A DNA stretch of 64,000 nt, from contig JAHBTW010000013.1 of assembly GCA_019638385.1 (NCBI GenBank), forward strand, positions 70,016 through 134,015. The letters are read 5' to 3'. The notes under the pieces were generated by a model, which made no database searches, was not told where the DNA came from, and saw only the letters and a list, made by a program, of their open reading frames with translations. Below, piece by piece: positions 28,506 to 38,730 of the stretch. Both the position numbers and the translations under genes were made by a program. Each line of letters begins with the position of its first letter. The stretch's first letter is position 1. This DNA is from Saprospiraceae bacterium (GTDB lineage Bacteria; Bacteroidota; Bacteroidia; Chitinophagales; Saprospiraceae).

Positions 28506-29996
28506 ATGAAGGCACCTCTGTCTATACTTATGCTTTGTTTTTTTTTATATGTACTTCAGGCACAAGACAAGTATGATTATGTGTGGCCCAACGGGTATGT
28601 GAGCGATACCAGCTTGAATAATCCTGCTATTTTTCAGGGCGGCTCCTTGATGGATTTTAATAAATCCCCTCTTGAATTGAGTTATTTCAGAATTCCTTTA
28701 TGGTTGAGAGCCTATACCAGTATATGTGATAAAAACGGACAATTGCTCTTCTACACCAATGGGTGTCAGGTCATAAACCGCGAGCATCGGCTGATGGAGA
28801 ATGGAGGAGGGTTGATAGGTGGAAATAATCCCAACAATAATTGCTCCAGCCATTCATATTCCAGCGCACAGGGAGAATTGGCGCTGCCTCCGTTTCCCGG
28901 CACCCCCGACCTTTATTTCATTTTCCATTTGAGTACGCTATTGGATCACCCGCCTTATTATATTATTCGTGATTTGCAGCTTACTACGGTGGATGCATCG
29001 GCAGAAAACGGTTTGGGCAGGGTGATTGAAAAAAACCGCGTTATTTTTCATGGATATTTTGCCGATCAGTTGACGGCGGTACGCCATGCCAATGGACGAG
29101 ACTGGTGGATTGTGGCGCCGAAGATGTTATCCAATACATATTTCATCTGGTTGTTTACGCCGCAAGGGCTGCAAGGTCCGATGGAGCAATCCATCGGCTC
29201 GGTATGGACCTGGCGGGACTGGGGAGGACAGGCCGTTTTTTCGCCCGACGGGAGCAAATATGCACGGGCCAATTTTGAAAACGGGCTGCACCTCATGGAT
29301 TTTGATCGCTGCAACGGAGTGTTTTCCAATTCTGTACGCATCAAGAGTGAATTGCCGCTCAACGATACAGGCCCAACCGGTGTCGGATTCAGTCCTTCTT
29401 CGCGTTATCTCTATTTGTCCTGGAGCATAAGACTTTTCCAGTTTGACTTGCGGGCGGCGAATATATCTAATTCGCGCACGACCGTCGGAACAGCGCAACA
29501 CTATTCATTCTTTCAGCAGCGCCTCGCTCCCGACGGGAAGATATATATGAGTTCCTCCATTGGCATGAACTATTTACATGTGATACATCAGCCGGATAAC
29601 CCCGGCATGTCATGTTCTTTTGAAGAAATAGGTCTTACGCTTCCAACTCGTAGAAGTTTCAATATGCCGAACCTCCCCTGGTTTCGGCTCTATGAGTTGC
29701 CGGGTAGTCCCTGCGATACGCTGCGGGTACAAGTACCTCCGGTGGTACGCATCACAGTGGCGCCCAACCCTGCTTATGATGAACTGCGGGTGAGCCTTTC
29801 AGAGATATATGCGGGCCGGCCGGCGCTGTTCAGGTTGTACGATGCGCTGGGGCACTTGGTGTATCATGCCCGCTGGGAAGCCGATTCCTATACGCTGGTA
29901 GCTGACGTCAGCAACCTCCCCGCCGCCATGTACTTCTGGGAGGTGCTGTCGGAAGCGGAGCGGCTGGGACAGGGCAAGGTGGTGGTGGCGCGGTGA
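28506..29996 (+). CDS. T9SS cargo protein of unknown function (probable beta-propeller-like passenger + type-A sorting domain)
   Basis: Signal peptide MKAPLSILMLCFFLYVLQA. The C-terminus is VAPNPAYDELRVSL...FRLYDALGHLVY...AMYFWEV. Confidence 0.7.
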   Translation: MKAPLSILMLCFFLYVLQAQDKYDYVWPNGYVSDTSLNNPAIFQGGSLMDFNKSPLELSYFRIPLWLRAYTSICDKNGQLLFYTNGCQVINREHRLMENGGGLIGGNNPNNNCSSHSYSSAQGELALPPFPGTPDLYFIFHLSTLLDHPPYYIIRDLQLTTVDASAENGLGRVIEKNRVIFHGYFADQLTAVRHANGRDWWIVAPKMLSNTYFIWLFTPQGLQGPMEQSIGSVWTWRDWGGQAVFSPDGSKYARANFENGLHLMDFDRCNGVFSNSVRIKSELPLNDTGPTGVGFSPSSRYLYLSWSIRLFQFDLRAANISNSRTTVGTAQHYSFFQQRLAPDGKIYMSSSIGMNYLHVIHQPDNPGMSCSFEEIGLTLPTRRSFNMPNLPWFRLYELPGSPCDTLRVQVPPVVRITVAPNPAYDELRVSLSEIYAGRPALFRLYDALGHLVYHARWEADSYTLVADVSNLPAAMYFWEVLSEAERLGQGKVVVAR

Positions 29997-30002
29997 GTGC
30001 GC

Positions 30003-30476
30003 TCAACGCTTCTCCCCCGTATCCGCAATATGAAAACCCAATCGTTGAAGACCTCCGACGGGGCTTTGGCGCATGTATTGCTCAAACGTGAAGGTGTAGC
30101 GACCGGGCGTCTGGAAGTAGGCGCCCTCTTGCATGGGCACGCGGAAGCGGCAGCGTTTGGCGTTGCAGCGGCCCTGCCAGACGCCACCCTGATCGGCCAG
30201 TTCGAAGGATACCGGGCGACTGAGGCGCTGCCCGTCGGGAAACAGGGTATGGACGCGCAGATAGAGATTTTGCCACTCAAAATCGGGCGTGTGCTCTATG
30301 CTGACGTACAGATCGTATATGCGCGAGGTGTCGGGGATATCGGCCTCAAAGCGCAGGGAGTCGGCGTACGTCCATTGTCCGTTGGGGATGTCTTTGATTT
30401 CATCCGACAGATAATTCGGGCCGCAGGCACTGAACAGCGCGAGGACGAAAACAAGCAGAATGAATGATCTTGGCAT
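30003..30476 (-). CDS. gldH: Gliding-motility/T9SS lipoprotein GldH-like
   Basis: 157 aa with lipobox LFSAC. The layout resembles the remembered F. johnsoniae GldH (Y.L.V...Y.. NL.L.V, G.W.G, G.Y.F.F.Q.MR). Start trimmed to ATG 30476. Confidence 0.55.
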   Translation of the reverse strand: MPRSFILLVFVLALFSACGPNYLSDEIKDIPNGQWTYADSLRFEADIPDTSRIYDLYVSIEHTPDFEWQNLYLRVHTLFPDGQRLSRPVSFELADQGGVWQGRCNAKRCRFRVPMQEGAYFQTPGRYTFTFEQYMRQSPVGGLQRLGFHIADTGEKR

Positions 30477-30618
30477 GTCGGTTGTTTTTGGCAGAGGGAA
30501 GAGAGCATAGGGCGCTGTCCTGAGCGGAGTCGAATGGCACAGAGCATGGAGCATACAAGCGAAGCGAAGTTCCGATGAGGAACGAAATCGGGAGGGCAGC
30601 AGGCAGCAACTCGCAGCT

Positions 30619-31788
30619 CTATTTAAACATCTCCCGCATTTTATCAAAGAAACTGCGCTCCGACTTGCCGGGCTGCGGCTGGAAATTTTTCATCCCGCGC
30701 ATTTGCTCAAGCACGCGGCGCTCTTCGTCGCTGAGGTGCTTGGGCGTCCACACGTTGACATGGATGAGCTGGTCGCCGCGGCCGTAGTTTTGCACCGACG
30801 GCAATCCTTTGTCTTTAAGGCGGAAAATTTTGCCGGCCTGCGTACCTGCGGGAATTTTGATCTTCACCGCCCCGTCAATGGTGGGCACATCCATAGAAGC
30901 GCCGAGCGCCGCATCGGCGAAATTGACGTATAATTCAAACACCACATTCATGCCGTCGCGATGGAGAAACTCGTGCGGTTTTTCTTCAATGGTGACGAGC
31001 AGATCGCCGGCGGGGCCTCCGCGCCGCCCGGCGTTGCCGTTGCCGCGCAGCGACAATTGCATCCCTTCTTCCACGCCTGCCGGAATGTCCAAGTTGATGG
31101 TTTCCTCGCCTTGCACGGCGCCTTCGCCGCGGCATTTGCCGCATTGAGCGGTGATGGTTTGGCCGGAGCCGTGGCAGCTCGGGCAGGCCACGGTGGTTTG
31201 CATCTGGCCCATAAAGGTATTGCGCACCTGGCGTACATAGCCCTGGCCCCGACAGGTGGTGCAGGTAGCAATGGAGTTGTTGTCGCGCGCGCCGCTGCCT
31301 TTGCAGGTATCGCAGGTCACCTGTTTTTTGACTTTGACCTTTTTAGACACACCGGTAGCGATTTCTTCCAGGGTGAGGGGCACTTTGATGCGAATGTTGG
31401 CGCCGCGTTGCCCGCGCTCTGCGCGTTGTGAACCGCCGCCCCGGAAGAAACTCTCGAAGGGGTTGCCTCCACCGCCGCCCATTTCGCCGAAAATGTCGCC
31501 GAAGTGGCTCATGATATCTTCGTACGACATGCCGCCGGAGGGCCTGCCGCCGGTCATTTGTTCCACGCCGGCATGGCCGTAACGGTCGTAGGCGGCTTTT
31601 TTCTGCTCATCGCTGAGCACTTCATAAGCTTCGGCGGCTTCTTTAAAGCGGTCTTCCGCTTCTTTGTTGTCGGGGTTGCGGTCGGGGTGGTATTTAAGGG
31701 CCTGTTTGCGGTAAGCCTTTTTTATGGTTTCCGCATCGCCGTTTCTATCCACGCCGAGCACTTCATAATAATCTCTTTTCTTCGCCAT
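30619..31788 (-). CDS. dnaJ: Molecular chaperone DnaJ
   Basis: J domain with HPD (KYHPDRNP), a G/F-rich region, four CxxCxGxG zinc-finger repeats, and a C-terminal substrate-binding domain. Confidence 0.95.
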   Translation of the reverse strand: MAKKRDYYEVLGVDRNGDAETIKKAYRKQALKYHPDRNPDNKEAEDRFKEAAEAYEVLSDEQKKAAYDRYGHAGVEQMTGGRPSGGMSYEDIMSHFGDIFGEMGGGGGNPFESFFRGGGSQRAERGQRGANIRIKVPLTLEEIATGVSKKVKVKKQVTCDTCKGSGARDNNSIATCTTCRGQGYVRQVRNTFMGQMQTTVACPSCHGSGQTITAQCGKCRGEGAVQGEETINLDIPAGVEEGMQLSLRGNGNAGRRGGPAGDLLVTIEEKPHEFLHRDGMNVVFELYVNFADAALGASMDVPTIDGAVKIKIPAGTQAGKIFRLKDKGLPSVQNYGRGDQLIHVNVWTPKHLSDEERRVLEQMRGMKNFQPQPGKSERSFFDKMREMFK

Positions 31789-31803
31789 GATTGCAGATGG
31801 TCT

Positions 31804-32400
31804 TTATTTGCCGATGACCACTTTGGCGTGGCGAATAATCTTGCCGCGCAGTTGGTAGCCGTTTGCGATGGTGTCAATGATTTTTCCTTTCAATTCCTCG
31901 GTAGGCGCCGGTATTTCGGCAATGGCTTCGTGATACTCCGGGTCGAAAGGCTGCTCCTGCGTATCCATCGGTTCGAGGCCCAATTGGCGGAGTACGTTGT
32001 GAAGTTTTTGATATACCAGTGTAACGCCTTCGCTGAATTGTTCGGTGCTGTCGGCCTGGTCGGCGCTTTTTTTGGCTCTGTCAAAATCATCCAAAACCGG
32101 CAACAGGGCTGCCATCGTGTCCTGGGCGGCGGTATTGATCAGGTCCAATTTCTCTTTCATCATGCGCCGGCGGAAGGTGTCGAATTCGGCATAGAGCCGG
32201 ATGTATTTGTCTTTTAACTCGGCATTTTCGGCCCGCAATTCCTCTAAGGGGTCTGGCTGTTCTTCCAAAACTGTTTGATTTTGAGTGTCTTCAGTTGATA
32301 TAGTCGGTTCGCCCTGCGCTGTTTCCGGTATCTCGGCGGCGGCATCCTCCTGTACTAAGAGTTGGTCTTTTTCAGTCATTTTTTTCCAAAATTTGAACAC
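31804..32400 (-). CDS. grpE: Nucleotide exchange factor GrpE
   Basis: Acidic N-terminus, a coiled-coil and the GrpE C-terminal beta-domain (GYQLRGKIIRHAKVVIGK). It lies directly upstream of dnaJ. An alternative start is at 32379. Confidence 0.9.
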   Translation of the reverse strand: MFKFWKKMTEKDQLLVQEDAAAEIPETAQGEPTISTEDTQNQTVLEEQPDPLEELRAENAELKDKYIRLYAEFDTFRRRMMKEKLDLINTAAQDTMAALLPVLDDFDRAKKSADQADSTEQFSEGVTLVYQKLHNVLRQLGLEPMDTQEQPFDPEYHEAIAEIPAPTEELKGKIIDTIANGYQLRGKIIRHAKVVIGK

Positions 32401-32524
32401 CGTATTATTTTGCTGCGAAGGTACATCAATAATATTGCCGGAAAGAAAAGCAAGTCAATTTGTCAGCAGCATCCAATTTCGGGGGGTTTTGGCGTTATTG
32501 CGGGGGTTGAAAAAAATTCCACTT

Positions 32525-33799
32525 ATGAACTACCGCTTGCTATTGTTTCCACTTTTCGCTTTGTTTTTCGGTTCGCTCTCCGCTCAGGACGAAGGGCTGC
32601 GCAATTACGACTGGGTGTATAAAAACAATATCCGCTCCGTGCTTTTTCATGTAAACAGCCTGATGCTCACTCAGCCCATTATTGACTTGGGATCGAGCGC
32701 TCCGCTGGAGCTGACTTTTGACGACATAGAGGGCGGCGTGAAAAACTACACCTACACCGTAGTGCATTGCAACGCCGACTGGACGCCCTCCACCCTCGCC
32801 GAAATGGAATACATTGACGGCTTTATCGAAGACCGCATCAACGACTGGCGCTTCGGCGCCAAATCCTTGGTGCCTTATACCCGCTATCAGGTATTTCTGC
32901 CCCACAATGATATGCGCATCACCAAGTCGGGCAATTATTTGCTCAAGGTGTATGAAGACGAGCGCCGCAAAACCTTGGCCATTACTCGCCGCTTTATGGT
33001 GGTAGAACCGATTGTACGCATCACCCCGCGTTTTGTCAATCCCGCCGGCGTGGGCAAAATCAGAACCCATCAGGAAATTGATTTTATCGTAGATCATGAG
33101 CGCATAGAGTTGCGCAGCCCGCAGCAGGAAATTCACGCCGTCGTATTGCAAAACGGCCGCTGGGACAACGCCGTCACCGCCATAGCGCCCATGTTTGTGC
33201 GGCGCGATCAATTGGTGTATGACTTTCAGGATAAGATCGTTTTTCCCGGCGGCAAGGAATTTCGCTTTGCCGATTTGCGCAGCCTGCGCAGCCGGGCGCC
33301 GGGCATCTTTTCCATCGAGCAGGTGGGCGACGCCTACGAAATAGTCATGGAACGGGACGCCAAACGCTTCACCACGCCTTATGTTTTTTATGAAGACATC
33401 AACGGCGCGTTCATCCTCGAAACCCGCGACCAACGCAATCCGCTCTCCGCCGAATATGTCAACGTGCTATTCACGCTCAATAGCTCGGAACCGTATTTTG
33501 ACCACGAGCTATACCTCATCGGCAGGTTCAGCGACTGGCAGCCCAAAGAGGAATTTCGAATGGTGTATAACAACGCCATCAACGCGTATGTCGGCAAAGT
33601 AATGCTCAAACAGGGGTATTACAACTACGCCTACGCCCTCGTGCCCATAGCCGGCAAAGACAAAACGCCCGATTTTTCGGAAGTGGACGGCGACTGGTAT
33701 GAAACCGAAAACGAATACACTATCCTCATCTATTACCATCCGTTAGGCGAGCGCTACGACCGCCTCATCGGCGTACATACGTTCAATTCCAACCGCTGA
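32525..33799 (+). CDS. DUF5103-family protein (T9SS plug-protein family)
   Basis: Signal peptide MNYRLLLFPLFALFFGSLSA. Contains the remembered hallmark block LTFDDIEGGVKNYTYTVVHCNADWTPS and SGNYLLKVYED. The track ORF start at 32285 overlaps grpE. Confidence 0.55.
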   Translation: MNYRLLLFPLFALFFGSLSAQDEGLRNYDWVYKNNIRSVLFHVNSLMLTQPIIDLGSSAPLELTFDDIEGGVKNYTYTVVHCNADWTPSTLAEMEYIDGFIEDRINDWRFGAKSLVPYTRYQVFLPHNDMRITKSGNYLLKVYEDERRKTLAITRRFMVVEPIVRITPRFVNPAGVGKIRTHQEIDFIVDHERIELRSPQQEIHAVVLQNGRWDNAVTAIAPMFVRRDQLVYDFQDKIVFPGGKEFRFADLRSLRSRAPGIFSIEQVGDAYEIVMERDAKRFTTPYVFYEDINGAFILETRDQRNPLSAEYVNVLFTLNSSEPYFDHELYLIGRFSDWQPKEEFRMVYNNAINAYVGKVMLKQGYYNYAYALVPIAGKDKTPDFSEVDGDWYETENEYTILIYYHPLGERYDRLIGVHTFNSNR

Positions 33800-33869
33800 G
33801 TGCGCGTTCTCGTTTGGGTCAAGTTCTTTAAAATTTGGATATTGTTTCCATTAATTCTTGTCTCTGCGG

Positions 33870-34400
33870 TTACGCCTTATCCAATTTCCGGGGCCGCTTA
33901 AACACCGGTACGGTAGAGCAGGGTTCTCCAAACATAATGCTTTGGGCGTAGGGTTGCAGCATGCGGGTCAGTTCTACATACGCTGCGGGCGGCACGGGGC
34001 GGTCGCTGCATCCTTTTATCACGATCCGCTGCTGCTCATACTGCCGGGGGTTAAACGCGGCCAATGCGCGCAGGAAAGCCGCCCGGTAGTAGGCATCTGC
34101 ATCGCCCTGGAACACATCGGCGGCATACGGCGCGGCTTGCGCGGCCACCAACATGTAGGCCCACAGCGGGATAATGGCATCGGTGGAGCAATAAATGAGC
34201 AGTACTTTGCCCCGATATTGCTCCCAGTCGTGGTTTCTGAGCGCCTCCCGGAAGTCCTTTTCCTTTAGAATCAGCTCCATAAACAGGTAGTCCTTCAGGT
34301 CGAACACGACGATTTCTCCTTCCGGGAAAAATTTCTCTAAGTTGATTGTAATGAGTCCGCTTTCGGCTACGCGGTTTACGAGCGTTTTTTCTGTTTCCAT
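33870..34400 (-). CDS. DUF2480-family protein
   Basis: 176 aa with blocks LILKEKDFREALRNHDW and CSTDAIIPLWAYMLV, as remembered for this Bacteroidota-restricted family. Confidence 0.55.
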   Translation of the reverse strand: METEKTLVNRVAESGLITINLEKFFPEGEIVVFDLKDYLFMELILKEKDFREALRNHDWEQYRGKVLLIYCSTDAIIPLWAYMLVAAQAAPYAADVFQGDADAYYRAAFLRALAAFNPRQYEQQRIVIKGCSDRPVPPAAYVELTRMLQPYAQSIMFGEPCSTVPVFKRPRKLDKA

Positions 34401-34531
34401 TATTGAGTTGTTGGTACAATCGGCAAATATACCTGTATATAAACGGATTTTCCGGAAACTGGTTTTGGCCGGCGGGGTTGCAACCCGGCGCTACTTCCTG
34501 AATGGATTGTGAACGATTTTGCCCCGCCCGA

Positions 34532-37500
34532 TTATCCCGTCGTCACCCGCAGCATCACGCGCATGCCCACAACCTTTCCATCGGCCGCCAGCATGTTTTC
34601 GCGCAAAAAAGTTTTTTCTCCCGATTTGTCTGACAATACCTCGAGGCGGCGCTGTGTCAGCATCATACCCACCGATTTATGGCCGCCGTCGGTAGCATGG
34701 TTGCCGTCGGTAGCGAAGCCGGGGCCGTTGTCGGTGATGGTTGCGACCAGCGCGCCGGCCGCTTCCGAGAAGGAGATTGAGATGCGACCGCCCTCTGCTT
34801 TATTTTTCATGCCGTGCAGCAGAGCGTTTTCTACAAAAGGCTGTATGAGCATGGGCGGCAGCGAAATGTCATCTATATCCAAATCCGGGGCGGTTTCGAT
34901 GGCGTAAACAAACCTCCCGCGAAAGCGCAATTGTTCGAGCGCGAGATAATTGTCGAGCATTTCCATCTCTTCGCGCAAGCTGTGGCGGCCATCCACCGAG
35001 CCGTGCAGTGCGAGGCGCACCAAGCGGGCAAAGCGGGCGAGGTATCGAGCGGCGGCATCGGCGTCGTTTTCGGCAATAAAATACTGTATGCTGCCGAGGC
35101 AGTTGAAAATGAAGTGCGGGTTCATTTGCGCCCGCAGCGCTGCTGATTCGAGGTCGCGGATTTTATTATTCGTTTCCGCTTCCCGCCGCTCCAGCTGCAG
35201 GCGATTGCGATACCACAGTGCCAGCCCGCCGCCCAATAAGGCTACTAAAACCGCCCAAAACCACGTCGTTTGCCACCAGGCCGCCCGAATGAAAAATGAC
35301 AGGCGGGTAGATTCGCTCCAGGCGCCGTCCTCGCCCCGGGCTTGTATCTCGAAGGTGTAGCGCCCCGACGAGAGGTTGGCAAAATTGATTTCGCGGATAG
35401 TGGTATGCGCAAACGTCGTATCTGCTCCGATCAGACGGTACCGGTACAGGATGTCGCCTTCAGAGCGGTAATGCAGGGCGAAAAAGCGAATCGAAAGGTT
35501 ATTTTGGTCGTGCGGCAGGCGCAGGCCGGGCGTAAAGTCGGAAAGAATATTATTGATGTGCAATTGTTGGAGCACCGGCGCAGGCATGGGGGCAGGCGCA
35601 GGCAGTTTTCGAAAGCGCGCCAGGCCCTTGTTGGTAGCCACCCATATAGCGCCCGCAAAAGGCAGGGCGTCGTTGACATGATTGGAGGGCAGCCCCTTTT
35701 TCGTATCTATAACGGCGATGTCCCAGCCCCCATCTTTGCGAGGTGTCAGGCGATTGAGGCCGGCATGGGAGCAGGCCAAAATCTCGCCTTCGGCGCTGCA
35801 ATAGAGTTTTGAGATAAAATCGGAACTCAGTCCTTCGCGTTGAGTACACTGCGTAAAGTTCCCTTGACGGTCGCGTATCAGCAGGCCGGCGCCACGCAGG
35901 CTGATCGCCATGCCCCCGGTTGGCAGCATGGCCACGTTGCGCGGTTGAAACCGCAGAGCCGGGTGCTGAAAAGGCGACGGCTCATAGTCCTCTCCATTCC
36001 AACGCATCAGCCCTTTGGGTGTGGTTATCCACAGATTCCCTTCTGCATCGGGCGTTACCGAAAAGGTACGCGTGAAAGGTAGCCTCTCATTTTTGCCTCC
36101 AATTTGCGCCACTTCGTTTGTCTCCGTATTTATACTGATGAAGCCCTGCGATGAAGCGCACCATATCGCATCGCCCACAGGCGTCCGGGCCAGCGTTTTG
36201 ACGCCCACTCCGCCTTTTATATGGTATTTGTTAACATTGAGGGTGGGAGTAGTCCAGCGCCCGTTTTCCCAAAAAGAAAGGGGATCGCCGCCCCACAGTC
36301 GTCGGTGCGAGGTATCGAAATGGAGTACATCTATTCCGCGAGAGCGAAACGGTAGTTGCGACCATTGCTTTACCGCGCCGGATGCCGCATCTATGGCGAT
36401 AAGACCGACAGGCCGTAGCCCGGCCAGCAGCGTGGAGGCGCCGTCGCTCGTGAGGGAAAGCACATCTTCGGAGGGCAGCCCCGAATCGGTGGAAAATATT
36501 TCCATGCCGGGGTTTTTGCAGTACCACACGCCTGCTTGAATGGTCACCGCCCACCAACCGCCTTCCCGGTCCATGTCCACATCCGTGACAAAGCTGCCCG
36601 GCAGGAGGCTTCTGCCTTTTCCTTGCCGAAGGTGATCGTGAGAAGCAAAATGATATAGCCCGGGCTTCGGTCCCAAATGCGCGGCTATCAGCAGCGCGCC
36701 ATCCGGCGTTTCCTGTACTTTTTCTGCCCATATTCCGGTATCTGAGCGCCAAAGCACGCAGTCGTTGCGCAGGAGGTAAAAAACGCCGTTGAAACTAAAC
36801 AGCAGGTCGCCGTTGCTCAATTTCCAAACACCCCGTTGGGTGTGGTGGTATGCGGACGGCGGCGGCAGTTGACGCAGCGGCTGCACTTGTCCGGCCTGAT
36901 AGCGCCATACCCTTTGAAAACGAGTGTGTATAGGCGGAAAACCGGCCGGCCCTTCCTTGATCCTTTGAGAGGTGTAGATGATGCGACCGGCCACTTCGGC
37001 CAGAATGAATTCATCCTTGTCTGAGGGATGCGACAATACGCGATGCGCTCCGCAAGGCGCCACCTCAATAATACCTAAGCCGACCGGCGTGATCCATACC
37101 GAGCCGCCGGAGTCTATGGCCAGATTTTCTATCAGCTTGAACACCTCGCGGTATGGCGCCGTGACGGCATTGTACTGCCATTCGCGAATGGTATCATTTT
37201 CGACAAACCACACAGAGCCGTCTAAGCGGGCAAACCATATCCTGCCGTCGGGGCCTTCTGTGGGCAAAAAAGCCTCGCTGCCCCGCAGTGCGCTCGTGTC
37301 CACCGGGCGGGTAAATTCATAACCGTTGAAACGGCAAATACCTTGATCGGTGACAAACCACAGGTAACCCCTGCTGTCGTGCAGCATGTCATATACTTCG
37401 TTGCCGGGCAACCCCTGATCGGCGGTGTAATTGCGCCAGGAGAGATGCTGTGCCCCTGCCGGTTGCGTCAGCGCAAAGAGCAAACAAAAACCTATCGTTG

Positions 37501-37537
37501 TAGCAGGGTAGTGTAACATCTGACTGGATAGCATCAA
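34532..37537 (-). CDS. Hybrid-architecture sensor histidine kinase: periplasmic two-component-regulator propeller repeats + Y_Y_Y + TM + LytS/YehU-type kinase
   Basis: 1001 aa with a signal peptide and repeated propeller blades. The His_kinase motif is QMNPHFIFNCL and the ATPase block is ITDNGPGF. Confidence 0.85.
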   Translation of the reverse strand: MMLSSQMLHYPATTIGFCLLFALTQPAGAQHLSWRNYTADQGLPGNEVYDMLHDSRGYLWFVTDQGICRFNGYEFTRPVDTSALRGSEAFLPTEGPDGRIWFARLDGSVWFVENDTIREWQYNAVTAPYREVFKLIENLAIDSGGSVWITPVGLGIIEVAPCGAHRVLSHPSDKDEFILAEVAGRIIYTSQRIKEGPAGFPPIHTRFQRVWRYQAGQVQPLRQLPPPSAYHHTQRGVWKLSNGDLLFSFNGVFYLLRNDCVLWRSDTGIWAEKVQETPDGALLIAAHLGPKPGLYHFASHDHLRQGKGRSLLPGSFVTDVDMDREGGWWAVTIQAGVWYCKNPGMEIFSTDSGLPSEDVLSLTSDGASTLLAGLRPVGLIAIDAASGAVKQWSQLPFRSRGIDVLHFDTSHRRLWGGDPLSFWENGRWTTPTLNVNKYHIKGGVGVKTLARTPVGDAIWCASSQGFISINTETNEVAQIGGKNERLPFTRTFSVTPDAEGNLWITTPKGLMRWNGEDYEPSPFQHPALRFQPRNVAMLPTGGMAISLRGAGLLIRDRQGNFTQCTQREGLSSDFISKLYCSAEGEILACSHAGLNRLTPRKDGGWDIAVIDTKKGLPSNHVNDALPFAGAIWVATNKGLARFRKLPAPAPMPAPVLQQLHINNILSDFTPGLRLPHDQNNLSIRFFALHYRSEGDILYRYRLIGADTTFAHTTIREINFANLSSGRYTFEIQARGEDGAWSESTRLSFFIRAAWWQTTWFWAVLVALLGGGLALWYRNRLQLERREAETNNKIRDLESAALRAQMNPHFIFNCLGSIQYFIAENDADAAARYLARFARLVRLALHGSVDGRHSLREEMEMLDNYLALEQLRFRGRFVYAIETAPDLDIDDISLPPMLIQPFVENALLHGMKNKAEGGRISISFSEAAGALVATITDNGPGFATDGNHATDGGHKSVGMMLTQRRLEVLSDKSGEKTFLRENMLAADGKVVGMRVMLRVTTG

Positions 37538-37634
37538 AATAATGCCTAAATTTGGGAAGAAATCGCGATGTTTTGAAACAAACTGAAATTTTCAGTAACG
37601 CCGGAGGGGCAAGCCGGGATAAAGCTAAAAAAAT

Positions 37635-38393
37635 ATGGCGTTGAGAATTGCCATCGTGGACGACGAGCCTGCCTGCAGAGCTTATCTGCGCAACGTGATG
37701 CAACGCCATTGCTCCGGTTTTGCATTTTCCGGCGAAGCGGGCAGCGTAGCGGAAGGGCGGCATTTATTGGAGCAGGAAAACCCCGATCTGCTGCTGCTCG
37801 ATGTACAAATGGAGGACGGCACGGGCTTCGACCTGCTCGACCAATTGCCTCAAATCAATTTCAACGTGATATTCACCACCGCCTACGACGCATTTGCCAT
37901 TCGCGCTTTCCGATACAACGCCATTGATTACCTGCTCAAACCCGTGGACCCCGACGAACTCTGCGCCGCAGTGGGCAAAGCGCAGCAAAACAGTGACTTC
38001 GTGATGCTTCGCCGACAAATCGACAATCTGTTAAACACCGCCGCGCAAAAGAATTTTGAGCGCCTGACCCTGCCCACCGCAGAAGGGCCGGTCTTTATCC
38101 AAACCGCCGACATCGTTCGTTTGGAAAGCTACGGCAATTACGCCTTTGTATTTCTAGCCTCCGGCGAACGCATTCTGGCTTCCCGCAACCTGAAGGAATT
38201 TGAAGAAATGTTGCCGGCGCCCCGGTTCTTCCGCGTGCATCAGTCGCATATTGTACACACGGCCTTTGTGAAACAATTCAGAAAGGAGGACGCTGCCGTA
38301 GTACACCTGCAAGACGGCGCCGGCATACCGGTGGCCCGGCGAAAAAAAGAGGCTTTCGCGAAAGCGCTTGGACCCGATATAAGGAACGTGTAA
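37635..38393 (+). CDS. LytR/AlgR-family response regulator (receiver + LytTR DNA-binding domain)
   Basis: Receiver domain (IVDDEP...LLLLDVQMEDGTGFDL) and LytTR domain (RLESYGNYAFVFL...FFRVHQSHIV). It is divergent from the kinase. Confidence 0.9.
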   Translation: MALRIAIVDDEPACRAYLRNVMQRHCSGFAFSGEAGSVAEGRHLLEQENPDLLLLDVQMEDGTGFDLLDQLPQINFNVIFTTAYDAFAIRAFRYNAIDYLLKPVDPDELCAAVGKAQQNSDFVMLRRQIDNLLNTAAQKNFERLTLPTAEGPVFIQTADIVRLESYGNYAFVFLASGERILASRNLKEFEEMLPAPRFFRVHQSHIVHTAFVKQFRKEDAAVVHLQDGAGIPVARRKKEAFAKALGPDIRNV

Positions 38394-38410
38394 GTGATTC
38401 TCTCTCCGGC

Positions 38411-38728
38411 CTACGCTTGCGCCTTAGGCGTGAAGTTCATCGGCGGAAAGGCCGGCATGTCCGGTTCGTCAATGACGCCGAACTGGGTTTCATACTTTTT
38501 CACGTTTTCGGCCATGGCCTTGAGCAGGCGTTTGGCGTGGGCCGGCGTGAGGATGATGCGCGACTTCACCTTTGCCTTGGGCACATTGGGCACCAAGCGA
38601 ATAAAATCAATCACAAACTCGGAGTGTGAGTGCGAAATGATGGCGAGGTTGGAGTATTCGCCTTCTGATACTTCTTCGGGCAATTCGATGTTGAGTTGGC
38701 CCGGAGCAGGTTGTTTCGGATCTGTCAT
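38411..38728 (-). CDS. DUF3467-family protein
   Basis: 105 aa with blocks NIELPEEVSEGEYSNLAIISHSHSEFVIDF and KSRIILTPAHAKRLL. Confidence 0.6.
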   Translation of the reverse strand: MTDPKQPAPGQLNIELPEEVSEGEYSNLAIISHSHSEFVIDFIRLVPNVPKAKVKSRIILTPAHAKRLLKAMAENVKKYETQFGVIDEPDMPAFPPMNFTPKAQA

Positions 38729-38730
38729 GA

